From the NCBI GenBank assembly GCA_965116905.1, contig OZ220732.1, positions 2,048,001 through 2,112,000 of the forward strand: 64,000 bases of DNA. Reading direction: 5' to 3'. Positions within the stretch are counted from its first letter, which is position 1, and the number at the start of each line of letters is the position of its first letter. Below the pieces are notes generated by a model, which was not told the DNA's origin, made no database searches, and saw only the letters and a list, made by a program, of their open reading frames with translations. The translations under genes were made by a program, and so were the position numbers. This stretch comes from Longimicrobiales bacterium. Its GTDB lineage: Bacteria; Gemmatimonadota; Gemmatimonadetes; Longimicrobiales; Gaopeijiaceae. Of the stretch, positions 27,373-38,236 are shown piece after piece.

Positions 27373-28647
27373 TCAGCGCCGCTCGACGGCGATGCGATAG
27401 CGGACCACTCGCTCGACCCCCAATTCGTCCCGCGTTACCGACCACACATGGTCGCCATCGAAGATGGGCTCCGCCGGGCTGACAAGGAATCCCTGCGGTG
27501 TGCGCAGTGTCCCCAGGTAGGTGCCGTCGGGATCGAATGCGTCGTAGCGCACCGGCGATTCCCACGTTACCGGTTCGGAACGCGGGTTGTCCGGATCGTG
27601 GGCACTGTTCACCACGGGTCGTCCCTCGGTCGACAACTGCACCCAGAAACGCCCGTCCCGGCCGGCAACCGGTCCGGTGAAAGGAGGCTTGGTGTCGGGG
27701 ACAGGTGGCCCGCTCCAATTCCAGTCGGGTTGCGTGCGGCGAATGCTCCGCACCGTACGTTCCCGATGGTAGTCGCGTTCGGCCTCCGACGTGGCCACTG
27801 GCTCGTAATCGCGTTCGATGCGGAGGACGCCGTCGTCGTGTTGCACGTCGATGCGATAGCCAGTGGAGATACCGGTCAGAAAACCGCCGTTTGAGTTCAT
27901 GGTCCAGTGGTGACGAGCCGTGAGCGGCACGGCGACAGAGGTCGTGGACCGGCCCCTGATCGGAAAGGGAAGGCGGAATTGCAGGGACGGCGGCTCAAAA
28001 CCGCGGGCGGGAGGCGCCAGCGAGTCCAGGAGTTGTCCGGCCGCATCCATTACAAGAACGTATTGGCTGACGCCCCCGTCCGGAGAGGCTCTTGCCGCCG
28101 CCACGAGCACATGGCCATTCCGGTCGATCCGCAGCGGCTTGACCGGGAGGACGACGGCGCCCGGAGAGTAGGTCCATTGCTCGCGGTCTCCGGGTTCCGG
28201 TCCCAGTACCTTGACGAGCATGTCAGCCGGTTCGTGAGCGATGATCCGACCGTCGGGTAGCACCGCAACCGAGAAGGCGTTGCTCAGCTCTCCCGGGCCC
28301 TCGCCGCGCCGTGCCAATGTCTCGATGTACGTTCCGTCGGAGTCGAAGACACGGAGGTCCCTGGCTTGGCCGTCCAACACGTACACTCGCCCTTCGTCGT
28401 CCACGGTGATCGAATAGATGCTGCCGAAGAGGTACTCCTCCGGACCCTCCAACGCACCGATTGACACCTCGGGGACCAGTGTGGCCTCCGATCTCCAGAC
28501 ACTCCCCGAGATGGTGCGAACGACGGTGGTGTCGCCATGGGTCTCGACCACCACATCAGGACCGGGAATCCTGGAGCCCGTGTCGGTGCCACATGCGACG
28601 AGGCCGGCGCTTACCGTCGCGACCTGAAAGAACCGCCGCCCCGTCAC
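27373..28647 (-). CDS. 6-bladed beta-propeller (NHL-like) lipoprotein, paralogue 5
   Basis: LVAC lipobox; EYLFG, RRGEGPGEL, RDELGVERVVRY. Confidence 0.78.
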   Translation of the reverse strand: MTGRRFFQVATVSAGLVACGTDTGSRIPGPDVVVETHGDTTVVRTISGSVWRSEATLVPEVSIGALEGPEEYLFGSIYSITVDDEGRVYVLDGQARDLRVFDSDGTYIETLARRGEGPGELSNAFSVAVLPDGRIIAHEPADMLVKVLGPEPGDREQWTYSPGAVVLPVKPLRIDRNGHVLVAAARASPDGGVSQYVLVMDAAGQLLDSLAPPARGFEPPSLQFRLPFPIRGRSTTSVAVPLTARHHWTMNSNGGFLTGISTGYRIDVQHDDGVLRIERDYEPVATSEAERDYHRERTVRSIRRTQPDWNWSGPPVPDTKPPFTGPVAGRDGRFWVQLSTEGRPVVNSAHDPDNPRSEPVTWESPVRYDAFDPDGTYLGTLRTPQGFLVSPAEPIFDGDHVWSVTRDELGVERVVRYRIAVERR

Positions 28648-29771
28648 GGCAACCGGTACACCCTGACGCGGGCCACATCCAGCTCGTCGCGCGCAACGCC
28701 CACCATGCGATCTCCGCGGACCGCATACAGCTCGACGTCAACGGGAAGATCAACCGACACCCGGTGGGTGCCGTCCGCCTCGAACGCCGCCCACTCGGTC
28801 GTCGACCGGTCGGCCCTGCGAATGCCCACCCAGATGCGATCCTGGTCGTCCACGACCATCCCCGTGAGTGCGGGCCAGACATAGGGCGCGCCGTCCCGCA
28901 ACAACTGGGCGAACGCGTCGCTGAGCCCGTCCGCCGTCGCATCGAGCTCGTCCCGCGTGACGGGAATCGGCGTGACCTCGGACGAGAACGCGGTCTCCAC
29001 CTCCCCGCCGAGGTTCAGGATTCGCACCTCGAGGGCTTCGGAAGACGTGTGGACGATGCGGTCTCCACCCAAAATGCCGACAAACGACTCCCGGCCGAAC
29101 GGGTGGCCGGCCATGCTCACGAATCCCTCGCCCCGCTGCACCAGTGACTCGCTGGCGGGGTATTCGTACAGGACTTCATCGGCCACACGTTCGCCCGTGT
29201 CGTGGACGTGCCGCAGCATCGTCGTCCGCGTGGATCCTTCGTCCGACCCGTCGGCCATGTAGGCGGTCGATGAGCGGGCGATGTATCCGGCGGTGCCGGT
29301 GAGCCTCCACACGCTGCCCGCCCTTTCCTGCGTGCCCAGGGGCTGAACGTACGCGGGCTCGTCGCCCTCGGGAGGGAAGACCGTGATGCGCTGCAACTGC
29401 GAATCCCACACAAGGATGCTGTCCCCGGGGAGGATCTGGACCTGGGCCGGTCTGCCGAATTCCCCCGGGCCCTCGCCTTCCCTGCCGATCAGGCGATTGT
29501 GGGCCAGGTCGGGGTTGAGCGCGATGATTGCCGCGTCGCCCCCGTCGATGACATACACGTTGCCCCGGGAATCGGTGGTGACGTCCCATACGTAGGAAAG
29601 GAACACGTCGTCACCGGACGTGGTCTCGAGGGCGGCGGTGCCCGCGGCGGCGGTGGCCCAGGGACGCGGCATGGCGGTATCGGCTGCGGCATCCGGCTGT
29701 CCCGTGTCGGGGGAACACGCGGTGGCCAGAGCGGCAGCGAGGAGGAATCGACCAGTCTGATGACGCTGCAT
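28644..29771 (-). CDS. 6-bladed beta-propeller (NHL-like) lipoprotein, paralogue 6
   Basis: ATAC lipobox; GREGEGPGEF, VDDQDRIW, RDELDVARVRVY. Confidence 0.78.
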   Translation of the reverse strand: MQRHQTGRFLLAAALATACSPDTGQPDAAADTAMPRPWATAAAGTAALETTSGDDVFLSYVWDVTTDSRGNVYVIDGGDAAIIALNPDLAHNRLIGREGEGPGEFGRPAQVQILPGDSILVWDSQLQRITVFPPEGDEPAYVQPLGTQERAGSVWRLTGTAGYIARSSTAYMADGSDEGSTRTTMLRHVHDTGERVADEVLYEYPASESLVQRGEGFVSMAGHPFGRESFVGILGGDRIVHTSSEALEVRILNLGGEVETAFSSEVTPIPVTRDELDATADGLSDAFAQLLRDGAPYVWPALTGMVVDDQDRIWVGIRRADRSTTEWAAFEADGTHRVSVDLPVDVELYAVRGDRMVGVARDELDVARVRVYRLP

Positions 29772-30000
29772 CACCAAGGACTCCCGGTGGATTGACAAAC
29801 TTTGCCATCCTCAATGAGACGAGGATCATGCTCGAGTCGTTTGCGCCGCGCTCGGAAGGGGTGGCGGCGCCCCTGCTTCCATTGCACTCTGTAGAATAGA
29901 TTGCGAGAGAACAAGGCGCGGTGACCAGGCACGCCGCATCGCGCCGTTGCGCAGAGGCCCACCTGCCGGCGCGGCCCCCGACCAGAGTGGAGGTTTCCCG

Positions 30001-30723
30001 ATGAACGGACGCACGATCCTTGCTGCTTGGCTGGGGGTCCTCATGGTTGCCGCAGGCATCTCCCCCCGCCAGCTGTCCGCGATCCAGGACCTTGCAATCG
30101 CCGGACGCGCGGGCACGCTGGGGCTCGGTGCCGAGGTGGTCCTCATCGCCAACGACTGGGTGTCCCTGCGGGGCGGGGCCGGCCTGATCGGATTCGACGC
30201 GGACATCACGTCCGTGTCCGGGCTGGAGGACAACCGCACCGGCACGCTGGCGGTGCCGAAATCGGTGTACACCTTCGGGGCCGACATCGCGGTCGGCAAC
30301 TTCCGTATCGGCGGCGGCATGCTGTACAAGGAGCACGACCCGACCTACGCGATCACGCTGGGGAGCGGTGCGGAGATCGACATCGGCGCCAACACCTACA
30401 CGGAGCCTGAAGTCACCCAGTTGACGACGACGCTGGTGTCCGAACCGTGGGCTCCGTATGTGCTGCTCGGCTTCGGTCAGCACGCGACGCGCGGCGTCGG
30501 GATCTTCCTGGACGTGGGTGTCGCGTTTCTTGAACAATCGGATCTTGAGATGAGCGCCACCGGCGACCGCGCGGTGCTCGATTCCCGGAGATTCCGCGAG
30601 GACCTGCGGGCGGAGGAACGCAGTGCGCTGGAAGACGCCGGCGATCTGAAGAACTACTGGCCGATCCTGAACCTGGGACTTCAGTTCGCGGTCGGCGGAC
30701 GGGGGCGCCGTGGAGGGTGGTGA
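30001..30723 (+). CDS. Hypothetical exported protein, putative outer-membrane beta-barrel (paralogue of 14528..15250)
   Basis: GGAGG SD; RAGTLGLGAEV; APYVLLGFG; YWPILNLGLQF. Confidence 0.62.
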   Translation: MNGRTILAAWLGVLMVAAGISPRQLSAIQDLAIAGRAGTLGLGAEVVLIANDWVSLRGGAGLIGFDADITSVSGLEDNRTGTLAVPKSVYTFGADIAVGNFRIGGGMLYKEHDPTYAITLGSGAEIDIGANTYTEPEVTQLTTTLVSEPWAPYVLLGFGQHATRGVGIFLDVGVAFLEQSDLEMSATGDRAVLDSRRFREDLRAEERSALEDAGDLKNYWPILNLGLQFAVGGRGRRGGW

Positions 30724-31861
30724 CACCGGTCCTTCGCTGACTCGCGGGGAGTTGGCCCGCTACGCTCGCCATCTCGTCCTTCCCGAGGTCGGAAAGGCCG
30801 GTCAGGAGCGTCTCAAGCGCGCGCGTGTGCTCCTGGTCGGTGCCGGGGGCCTGGGTTCTCCGGCGGCGCTGTACCTGGCCGCGGCGGGGGTGGGAACGCT
30901 GGGCATTGTCGACCCGGACGTGGTCGACGTCACCAACCTGCAGCGGCAGATCCTCCACGGGACCGGGGGCCTGGGCTCCCCGAAGGTGGACTCGGCCCGC
31001 GAGCGCCTGACCGACGTCAATCCGCATGTACAGCTGCTGACGGGCGCCGTGCGCCTCTCGTCCGCGAACGCCCTCGATATCTTTGCGGATTTCGATGTCG
31101 TGGTCGATGGCAGCGACAACTTCCCCACCCGGTACCTGGTCAACGACGCGTGTGTGCTGACGGGCAAGCCGAACGTGTACGGTTCGGTGTACCGGTGGGA
31201 AGGGCAGCTGTCGGTCTTCGCGGCCGATGGAGGACCCTGCTACCGGTGCCTGTTCCGCGAGCCGCCCCCGCCGGGTCTGATCCCGAACTGCGCCGAGGCC
31301 GGTGTCTTCGGAGCGCTCCCGGGGGTCATCGGGGCCGCCCAGGCGATGGAGACCGTGAAGCTCCTTCTCGGAGTCGGCCAGCCGCTGGTCGGACGCCTCC
31401 AGATCTTCGATGCGCTCGGCTACAGCTGGCGGGAGCTGGAGATCCGCCGCGATCCGGATTGTCCCGTGTGCGGGGACCACCCGACCCAGAAGGGGCTGAT
31501 CGACTACGAGGTCTTCTGTGGGGTCGCTCCGGAAGTGCCGTTGGACGAGTCCGCCGAGTCCGCCGTGGGCAGCGTGGAGTCCCACGAGCTGGCTGCGGTG
31601 ATGGAGAGCGATCCGCGCCCGTTCCTCCTGGACGTCCGGGAACCCATGGAGTGGCAGATGATGAACCTGGCCGATCTGGGAGCGGTGCTCGTGCCGATGG
31701 GCGAGGTCGGCGAACGGCTGACGGAGGTGCCGCGGGACCGTCCGGTGGTGGTGTACTGTCACACCGGCGTGCGGAGCCTGAAGGTGGCCGAAGCGCTCGT
31801 CGCCGAGGGATACGAGGACGTGCGGAACCTGGAGGGGGGGATTGTGGGGGTGCTGGGGTAG
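30710..31861 (+). CDS. moeB: Molybdopterin-synthase adenylyltransferase with rhodanese domain (MoeZ/MoeB)
   Basis: RYARH, VGAGGLGSP, NLQRQ, DNFPTRY, CYRC, CPVC, rhodanese CHTGVRS. Confidence 0.92.
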   Translation: MEGGDTGPSLTRGELARYARHLVLPEVGKAGQERLKRARVLLVGAGGLGSPAALYLAAAGVGTLGIVDPDVVDVTNLQRQILHGTGGLGSPKVDSARERLTDVNPHVQLLTGAVRLSSANALDIFADFDVVVDGSDNFPTRYLVNDACVLTGKPNVYGSVYRWEGQLSVFAADGGPCYRCLFREPPPPGLIPNCAEAGVFGALPGVIGAAQAMETVKLLLGVGQPLVGRLQIFDALGYSWRELEIRRDPDCPVCGDHPTQKGLIDYEVFCGVAPEVPLDESAESAVGSVESHELAAVMESDPRPFLLDVREPMEWQMMNLADLGAVLVPMGEVGERLTEVPRDRPVVVYCHTGVRSLKVAEALVAEGYEDVRNLEGGIVGVLG

Positions 31862-31922
31862 CGCACCTTCTGGGGTAGCGCAACTTCCGGGGTAGGGCGA
31901 CTTCCGGGATAGGGCAACTTCC
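31855..31922 (+). repeat. 17-bp tandem repeat x4 (ggggtagcgcaacttcc consensus) starting over the moeB stop codon
   Basis: Units at 31855, 31872, 31889, 31906. Confidence 0.88.
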
Positions 31923-31946
31923 GGCCGTTCCGGTGTATGTTTCGTC

Positions 31947-33074
31947 ATGCGAATACAACTACTCATCAGGCCGCTTCTCCTTGCCACCATTCTCGTAGCC
32001 TTCGCCGCCCCCCCGTCGTCGCTCTCGGCGCAGGTGACCCGAGCGGACTCGGCAGCCGTGCTGCTCGCGACTGCGGGGGCATTCGAGGCCGGGGGCGAGC
32101 GGGACGTGGCCGAAGCCCTGTACCGCCACATCGCCCAGCGTTTCCCGGGAACCCCCGCCGCCGAAACGGCCCTGGCGCGGCTGGACGGGCGGGTGACCGG
32201 GGGCGGCGAGACCGAACTCAGGGTCTGGGCGACCACCTATGGGCTCTGGATGGGTGTGGCGATCCCGCTCGCCCTGGAATCGGAGGAACCCGAGGCGTAT
32301 GGGGCCGGATTGCTCCTGGGCGGACCGGCCGGATACCTCGCGGCTCACCAGTTCGTGCGTTCGCGGCCGGTCTCGCCGGGGCAAGCCCGCGCGATCAGCT
32401 GGGGCGGCACCTGGGGCGCCATTCAGGGAGCGGGCTGGGCCATCGTCCTGGACCTCGAAGATGACAGGGTCGAGGACAGGATCTGGTCGATGATCGCTGG
32501 CGGGGCGATCGGCACGGTCGGCGGGGTTCTGGCCTCGCGGCACGAAATCACGCCCGGCACCGCGACCGCTGCGACCGCGGGCAGCGTGTGGGGCCTGTGG
32601 TTCGGAGTGGCGACCTCGGTCCTGGCGGATGCCGGCGAGGATCCGACCGTTGCGGCGGCCATGATCGCCGGCAACGCGGGGCTGGTGGCCGGCGCAGTTG
32701 CCGGGAGCCGCCTGCCCCTCAGCCGGGGACGTACCCGCCTGATCAGCCTGGGCGGCGTAATCGGGGGTTTCGCGGGGCTGGGCATGGCGTTGATTGCGGA
32801 GGTCGACGACGAGCAGAGCGCGATCGCGCTTCCGCTTGTGGGCAGCATTGCCGGATTGATCGCGGGCGGTGTGCTGACCCGCGGAGAGGACGTGGAGGAC
32901 GATCCCTATGACGCGGGAGCTTCCGGCCTCGGTGCGGGTGCGCTCGTCAACTGGACGGGGGGTTCCCTGTCGCTTTCCACGCCGTTGCCCACGCCGACAT
33001 GGGACCTCGCCGCCAGGGCGCACGGACAATCGGGCCTGTCCTGGCAGATCCCGCTGCTGAACGCGCGCTTCTAG
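31947..33074 (+). CDS. Hypothetical Gly/Ala-rich membrane protein with N-terminal TPR-like helix pair
   Basis: Signal peptide; AEALYRHIAQRFPGTPAA; multiple Gly-zipper hydrophobic segments. Confidence 0.7.
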   Translation: MRIQLLIRPLLLATILVAFAAPPSSLSAQVTRADSAAVLLATAGAFEAGGERDVAEALYRHIAQRFPGTPAAETALARLDGRVTGGGETELRVWATTYGLWMGVAIPLALESEEPEAYGAGLLLGGPAGYLAAHQFVRSRPVSPGQARAISWGGTWGAIQGAGWAIVLDLEDDRVEDRIWSMIAGGAIGTVGGVLASRHEITPGTATAATAGSVWGLWFGVATSVLADAGEDPTVAAAMIAGNAGLVAGAVAGSRLPLSRGRTRLISLGGVIGGFAGLGMALIAEVDDEQSAIALPLVGSIAGLIAGGVLTRGEDVEDDPYDAGASGLGAGALVNWTGGSLSLSTPLPTPTWDLAARAHGQSGLSWQIPLLNARF

Positions 33075-33099
33075 TCCACGCGCTTCCAATCCACGAGTC

Positions 33100-35232
33100 C
33101 TAGTACCCCGCCAGCCCCAGAATCCCCTCCAGAACGTCATCCGCCTGGGGCAGGATGGCCTTTTCCAGCTGCGGCGAAAACGCGACCCACGTGTCCAGCG
33201 CGGCGACGCGCCGCACGGGCCCGTCGAGCCACGGGAACAGTTCGTCCGCGATCAGCGCGGCGATTTCCGATCCGATCCCCCACGACAGGGCGTCCTCGTA
33301 CGCGACCATCACCTTGTTGGTGCGGCGCACGCTGTCGCCGATGGTCTCCATGTCGAGCGGGGACAGGGAGCGCAGGTCGATCACCTCGGTGCTCACCCCG
33401 TGCCGCTTTTCGGCCACGCGGGCCGCGTCCATGGTGCGCTTCACGAGGGCGCCGCAGGTGACAACGGTAAGGTCCCGGCCGCGCCGCACCACCTTGGCCT
33501 TTCCGAACGGAATCATGTAGTCCGGGCCGGGGTCGGCGCCCTTGTTGTGGACCTGACGGTAGAGGTGCTTGTGTTCGAGGAACATGACCGGGTCGTCACA
33601 GCGGATCGCGGTGCGCAGCAGGCCGTTGGCGTCGAGCGCGTTCGAGGGAAGCACGACGCGCAGACCGTGCGTGTGCGCGAACAGCGTCGGCGCGGTCTGC
33701 GAGTGGTACATTCCCCCCTTGATGTAGCCCCCGTAGGTCGTCCGCACGACGACGGGTGCGGCCCACTTGCCGGCCGACCGGTAGCGCATCGTGGCCAGCT
33801 CGTTTCGAATCTGCATGAACGCGGGCCAGATGTAGTCCACGAACTGGATCTCCGCGACGGGTTTGAGCCCGCGGGCCGCCATGCCGACCGCCCGGCCGAT
33901 GATGTTGGCTTCGGCGAGAGGGGCATTGTAGACGCGGTCGCTGCCAAAGCGCGACTGCAATCCGTGCGTCACCTTGAAGACGCCGCCCTTGCCCTTCACC
34001 TCGCCGAGGGCCTGCTCGCGTGAGACATCGGCGACGTCCTGGCCGAAGACGATGATCCTCGGGTCGCGCTCCATCTCGGAGCGGAGGCAGCGGTTCAGGA
34101 GGTCGACCATTGTCAACGGACGATCGTCGGCGATGACCGGGCGGTCCTCGGTGTCGAAGTCGCGGCCGGTCGGATCGACCGCCTCGGAGTAGAGCCACTT
34201 CGTGGCCGTGTCCACGGGAGGCTGAGGATGCTCCAGGGCCTGGTCCGCCGCGGCCGCCACCGCCGCCCGGACGTCGGCCTCCATGCGGTCGAGTTCCTCG
34301 GGGGTGGCCGCGCCCGTGTCGATGAGAAGCCGCCGTGCCTTCCGCAGGGGATCGCGGCGATCCTGCGCCTCCCGCTCGGCCGGAGTCCGGTACACGGTCT
34401 CGTCGTCCGATCCGGAATGGGAGTACGGGCGGGTCGTGTGGGCGTGCAGCAGCGCAGGTCCCCGGCGTTCCCGGCACCACGCCACGGCCTCGCGCGCGGC
34501 CCGGTGGCTTTCGAGCAGGTCGGTCCCGTCACACTCGACGATCTTCAGATCCGGGAAGCCGGTGAGCAGCCGCGATACGTTGCCGCCGGCGGTCTGCACC
34601 TCGACCGGGACCGAGATCGCGTACTCGTTGTCCTCGATCAGGAACAGGATGGGCAGCTTGAGGTTGCAGGCCGTGTTGAGCGCCTCCCAGAACTCGCCCT
34701 CCGAGGTGGTTCCGTCGCCCGCGGTGCAGAGCACGATCTCGTCGTCCGCGAAGGACCCGACGTGGTTCCGCAATTCGGGTGTGCGGCTTGCCCGGAGTCC
34801 GGCTTCAGCGCATCCCACGGCGTGCAGGAACTGCGTCCCCGTGGGTGAAGACGACGATACGATGTTGAGGCGGTCGTCGGCAAAATGGGCCGGCATCTGG
34901 CGGCCCCCGCTCGCCGGATCCGCCTCGGCTCCCATGCCCTGCAGCAGCTGCTCCATCGGAGGCACGCCGAGCGCGAGGGCGAGCGCCCGGTCGCGGTAGT
35001 AGAGCAGGAACCAGTCCGACGCTGGCCGCAGGAAATCGGCGAGCGCCACCTGAATCGCCTCGTGGCCGGCGCCGGCGATCAGGAAGAAGACCTTGCCCTG
35101 CTTGTAGAGCTTGGCCTCGCGATCGTCGATGTTGCGCGCCGTGACCATCGTCCGGTACCAGCGCAGCAGCGTATCAGGGCCTGGAAGGTCGGATTCGACG
35201 TCCGAGCCGAGCTCGTGTTCCAGTGTGGCCAT
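33100..35232 (-). CDS. 2-oxoacid dehydrogenase E1, fused alpha/beta subunits (branched-chain-type)
   Basis: [25 protein letters not shown], then FGQDVA, GGVFKVT, AEIQF.DY, FLEHK. Confidence 0.9.
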   Translation of the reverse strand: MATLEHELGSDVESDLPGPDTLLRWYRTMVTARNIDDREAKLYKQGKVFFLIAGAGHEAIQVALADFLRPASDWFLLYYRDRALALALGVPPMEQLLQGMGAEADPASGGRQMPAHFADDRLNIVSSSSPTGTQFLHAVGCAEAGLRASRTPELRNHVGSFADDEIVLCTAGDGTTSEGEFWEALNTACNLKLPILFLIEDNEYAISVPVEVQTAGGNVSRLLTGFPDLKIVECDGTDLLESHRAAREAVAWCRERRGPALLHAHTTRPYSHSGSDDETVYRTPAEREAQDRRDPLRKARRLLIDTGAATPEELDRMEADVRAAVAAAADQALEHPQPPVDTATKWLYSEAVDPTGRDFDTEDRPVIADDRPLTMVDLLNRCLRSEMERDPRIIVFGQDVADVSREQALGEVKGKGGVFKVTHGLQSRFGSDRVYNAPLAEANIIGRAVGMAARGLKPVAEIQFVDYIWPAFMQIRNELATMRYRSAGKWAAPVVVRTTYGGYIKGGMYHSQTAPTLFAHTHGLRVVLPSNALDANGLLRTAIRCDDPVMFLEHKHLYRQVHNKGADPGPDYMIPFGKAKVVRRGRDLTVVTCGALVKRTMDAARVAEKRHGVSTEVIDLRSLSPLDMETIGDSVRRTNKVMVAYEDALSWGIGSEIAALIADELFPWLDGPVRRVAALDTWVAFSPQLEKAILPQADDVLEGILGLAGY

Positions 35233-35261
35233 GTACTCCCGTAATTGCGGTGGTTGGGGAC

Positions 35262-37322
35262 TCAACCGCCTACGCTGACAGACTGGGCCTGTTTCAGCGC
35301 GGTGTCCAGTGCTTCGGTGGAGGCCGCCGGCTCCTGGCAGGTGTTTCCGTGACAGACGAAAACTTCGCCCACCCTGTCCGCGCGCTCCTCCAGGGCGGGC
35401 AGCCTTGCGACCGCCGGATCCGCCGGGTCGCCGCCGACGATGATCCGGTTTGGATGGGGATCCCTGTGTGCCCGGCCGTGCATGCCGTCGACGCGCTCGA
35501 GGGGTCCCACCAGCACAATCTCCAGCCGTGGAGTCTCGCACATGATCGCCGCGGAGAGAAGACGTCCTGCCGCCTGGGGATACCGCTCCATCATCCCGCG
35601 CTCGCGTTTCAGGACTCTCTCGGCCAGACCGGCGTGCCGCGTGTTGCCGGTCAGCGCCGCCAGGCGCGCCAGCAGCTCGGTCGCCAGGGAATTGCCGGAC
35701 GGCGTGGCGTTGTCCATGATGTCGCGGGGCCGCACGAGCAGCCCCGTTTCGTCGGCCGGCGCGTCATGGAAGAGGCCTTCGGCGTCGGACCAGAATCGTT
35801 CGACCATGGTGGCCGCGATCCGGTCCGCATTCGCCAGCCAGCGCGGATCGAGGGTCGCTTCGTAGAGGGACAGACAGGCGTTTCCAAGCGAGCCGTAGTC
35901 CTCCAGGAAGCCGTCGATGTGGACGCGGCCCGCCGCGAAGATGCGTTGCAGGCGGTCGCCGGTCCCCACGGTTTCGAGCAGGAATGCGGCCGCCCGTTCC
36001 GCCGCCCGGGTGTAGTCGGGGCGCCCGAGGGCGGGTCCGGCCTCGGCCAGCGCGCGGATGGCGAAGCCGTTCCAGGATGTGATCACCTTCTCGTCGCGCA
36101 GGGGCTCGGGCCGCTTGCTCCGGCGCGCCTTCAGGACGTCGAGTGACTCGCGGAGCAGACGGTCGAGTTCGTCGCGCCGGATTCCCTCCTGCCGCGAGAT
36201 CGCGTCGAGATCGTGAGGCAGGTGCAGGATGTTGCGCCCCTCGAAGTTGCCGGCGTCGCTGACGTCGTAGACGCGCGACAGCAGACGTGCCGCATCGGGC
36301 TCCAGCACGTTGCGGATCTGGCCGGGGGTCCACAGGTAGAAGGCGCCCTCCTCCCCTTCCGAATCCGCGTCGCGGGCGGAATAGAAGGCGCCCTCGGGCG
36401 AAGTGAGGTCCTCCAGCACGTAGTCGAGCACCTCCTCGGCGACCGGCCCCATCCCCTCGGCGCCCAGCAGATGCGCGCGCGTCAGTGCCCGGGCGATGAG
36501 GGCGTTGTCGTAGAGCATCTTCTCGAAGTGGGGGACCAGCCAGCGCGCGTCGACCGAGTAACGGTGGAAGCCCCCGCCGACGTGGTCGCGGAGGCCGCCG
36601 GCCGCCATGCGCGAGAGCGTGTGCGTGGCCATGGACACCCCGTGTGATTGCGGGCCGCCGGTACGCAGCAGGAAGTCGAGGAACACCGGCTGGGGGAACT
36701 TGGGCGCGGTCCCGAAGCCGCCGTTCGAGGGGTCGAACGTTCTGCCGGCGGACGAGACCGCGTGCGCGAAGATCCTGCCGTCCGGGTCGTCGAAGTGGCC
36801 GGACGCCGGCTGCGCCTCGGTTGCGCTGCGGGCCAGTATCCCGGTCAGGTGGTCCCCGCGGCTCGCCACCTCCTCTCGCCGCGTCGCGTAGGCGTCGGCG
36901 GCGGCGCGCAGGACCTGCCGGAACGACGGCATGCCGTGCCGGGGCGCGGGGGGGAAGTAGGTGCCGCCGTAGAATGGAACGCCTTCCGGCGTGAGGAAGG
37001 CCGTCAGCGGCCACCCGCCCTGGCCCGTCATGGCCTGGACCGCGCGCATGTAGATCGAATCGACATCCGGACGTTCTTCGCGGTCCACCTTGATGTTGAC
37101 GAAGTGCCGGTTCATGAGGCGCGCGGTCTCGTTGTCCTCGAACGACTCGCGCTCCATGACGTGGCACCAGTGGCATGCCGAATAGCCGATCGAAAGGAGG
37201 ATCGGGCGGTCGTTCTCGCGGGCAAGGGCGAGTGCTTCATCGCCCCACGGGTACCAGTCGACGGGGTTTTCGGCGTGTTGGAGCAGATAGGGACTGGTTT
37301 CGAGGCCGAGGCGGTTGCTCAT
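35262..37322 (-). CDS. YyaL/SSP411 thioredoxin-domain protein (DUF255)
   Basis: [39 protein letters not shown]. Confidence 0.93.
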   Translation of the reverse strand: MSNRLGLETSPYLLQHAENPVDWYPWGDEALALARENDRPILLSIGYSACHWCHVMERESFEDNETARLMNRHFVNIKVDREERPDVDSIYMRAVQAMTGQGGWPLTAFLTPEGVPFYGGTYFPPAPRHGMPSFRQVLRAAADAYATRREEVASRGDHLTGILARSATEAQPASGHFDDPDGRIFAHAVSSAGRTFDPSNGGFGTAPKFPQPVFLDFLLRTGGPQSHGVSMATHTLSRMAAGGLRDHVGGGFHRYSVDARWLVPHFEKMLYDNALIARALTRAHLLGAEGMGPVAEEVLDYVLEDLTSPEGAFYSARDADSEGEEGAFYLWTPGQIRNVLEPDAARLLSRVYDVSDAGNFEGRNILHLPHDLDAISRQEGIRRDELDRLLRESLDVLKARRSKRPEPLRDEKVITSWNGFAIRALAEAGPALGRPDYTRAAERAAAFLLETVGTGDRLQRIFAAGRVHIDGFLEDYGSLGNACLSLYEATLDPRWLANADRIAATMVERFWSDAEGLFHDAPADETGLLVRPRDIMDNATPSGNSLATELLARLAALTGNTRHAGLAERVLKRERGMMERYPQAAGRLLSAAIMCETPRLEIVLVGPLERVDGMHGRAHRDPHPNRIIVGGDPADPAVARLPALEERADRVGEVFVCHGNTCQEPAASTEALDTALKQAQSVSVGG

Positions 37323-37427
37323 GGGGAACGAAGCTAGCTCGACGGCGGCGGCAGGGCGAGTGGCCGCCGGGGCCCGGTCAGCGCGGTTGGTTGTGCCGTG
37401 GCAGTGTCGGTGAGAGCTTTCCCCCCA

Positions 37428-38234
37428 ATGATTCGCCCTTTCGTCCTCCTCGCGCTCAAGCGCCCGCGGCTGTGGCCCGCGCTGGTATCGGCGGCGTGGG
37501 CGTTTCGCCCCAGGGGCTGGTATCGCCGGGCGCCCTTTCTGCCCCTTCCTTCAGAGTCGTACATGCGCTGGCGGCTGGAGACCGCGTACGGCGACCCGGA
37601 GGCGGTGCCGCCGGCCGACGAGATCGAGCGCTTCGTCACCTGGTCGGCGGACATGCGGCGTCGCATGCGGCCGCGAGGTCTGGTGCCGGTGTGGGCGAAG
37701 ATCCTGCTGATCGCAGCGCTGGTGGGCCTGGTTGCGTGGGTCAACCTCCGCGCCGGTGAGCTGGCGGGGCTGCGCGAGGCCGTGGCCGCCGCGGGCTACT
37801 GGGGGCTGCTTGGCGTGTCGGTGGTCAGCGGCTTCAACCTGGTCGCGCCCATACCCGTCGCGGTCTTCTACCCGTTCCTGATGGAGTCCGGGTTCGCGCC
37901 CGTTCCCACGCTGGCGACGATCGCGCTGGGCATGACCCTGGGCGACCTGCTGGGATACCTGATCGGCGACGCCACCCGTGAACTGGCGCACGATCGATTG
38001 GCGGGCATCCGGGCGCGCGCGGAAGCGCTGCACGCCCGCCACCGGTTCCTGCCTCTGGGCCTCATGTTCCTCTATGCGGCGTTCGCGCCGTTCCCGAACG
38101 AACTGCTCGTGATCCCGATGGCCTTCATGCGGTACTCGCTGATCGGGGTCATGACCGCGGTGCTGTGCGGGAATGTCGTCTTCAACACGATGGTCGCCCT
38201 CGGGGTGTCCTGGATCCTCGGGCCGGGTACCTGA
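37428..38234 (+). CDS. Hypothetical protein: small soluble N-terminal domain plus DedA/VTT-like membrane domain (possible fusion)
   Basis: [12 protein letters not shown]...RLETAYGD, then [13 protein letters not shown] and [12 protein letters not shown]. Confidence 0.65.
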   Translation: MIRPFVLLALKRPRLWPALVSAAWAFRPRGWYRRAPFLPLPSESYMRWRLETAYGDPEAVPPADEIERFVTWSADMRRRMRPRGLVPVWAKILLIAALVGLVAWVNLRAGELAGLREAVAAAGYWGLLGVSVVSGFNLVAPIPVAVFYPFLMESGFAPVPTLATIALGMTLGDLLGYLIGDATRELAHDRLAGIRARAEALHARHRFLPLGLMFLYAAFAPFPNELLVIPMAFMRYSLIGVMTAVLCGNVVFNTMVALGVSWILGPGT

Positions 38235-38236
38235 CC

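Noticed and set aside
29800..30000. Riboswitch or ncRNA in this gap (also 1146-1284 and 13191-13328)
   Set aside because: Only generic GC hairpins and no recognisable conserved motif; an Rfam cmscan would be needed
33100..35232. E1 alpha/beta fusion as a novelty
   Set aside because: Fused E1 is known in several bacterial phyla
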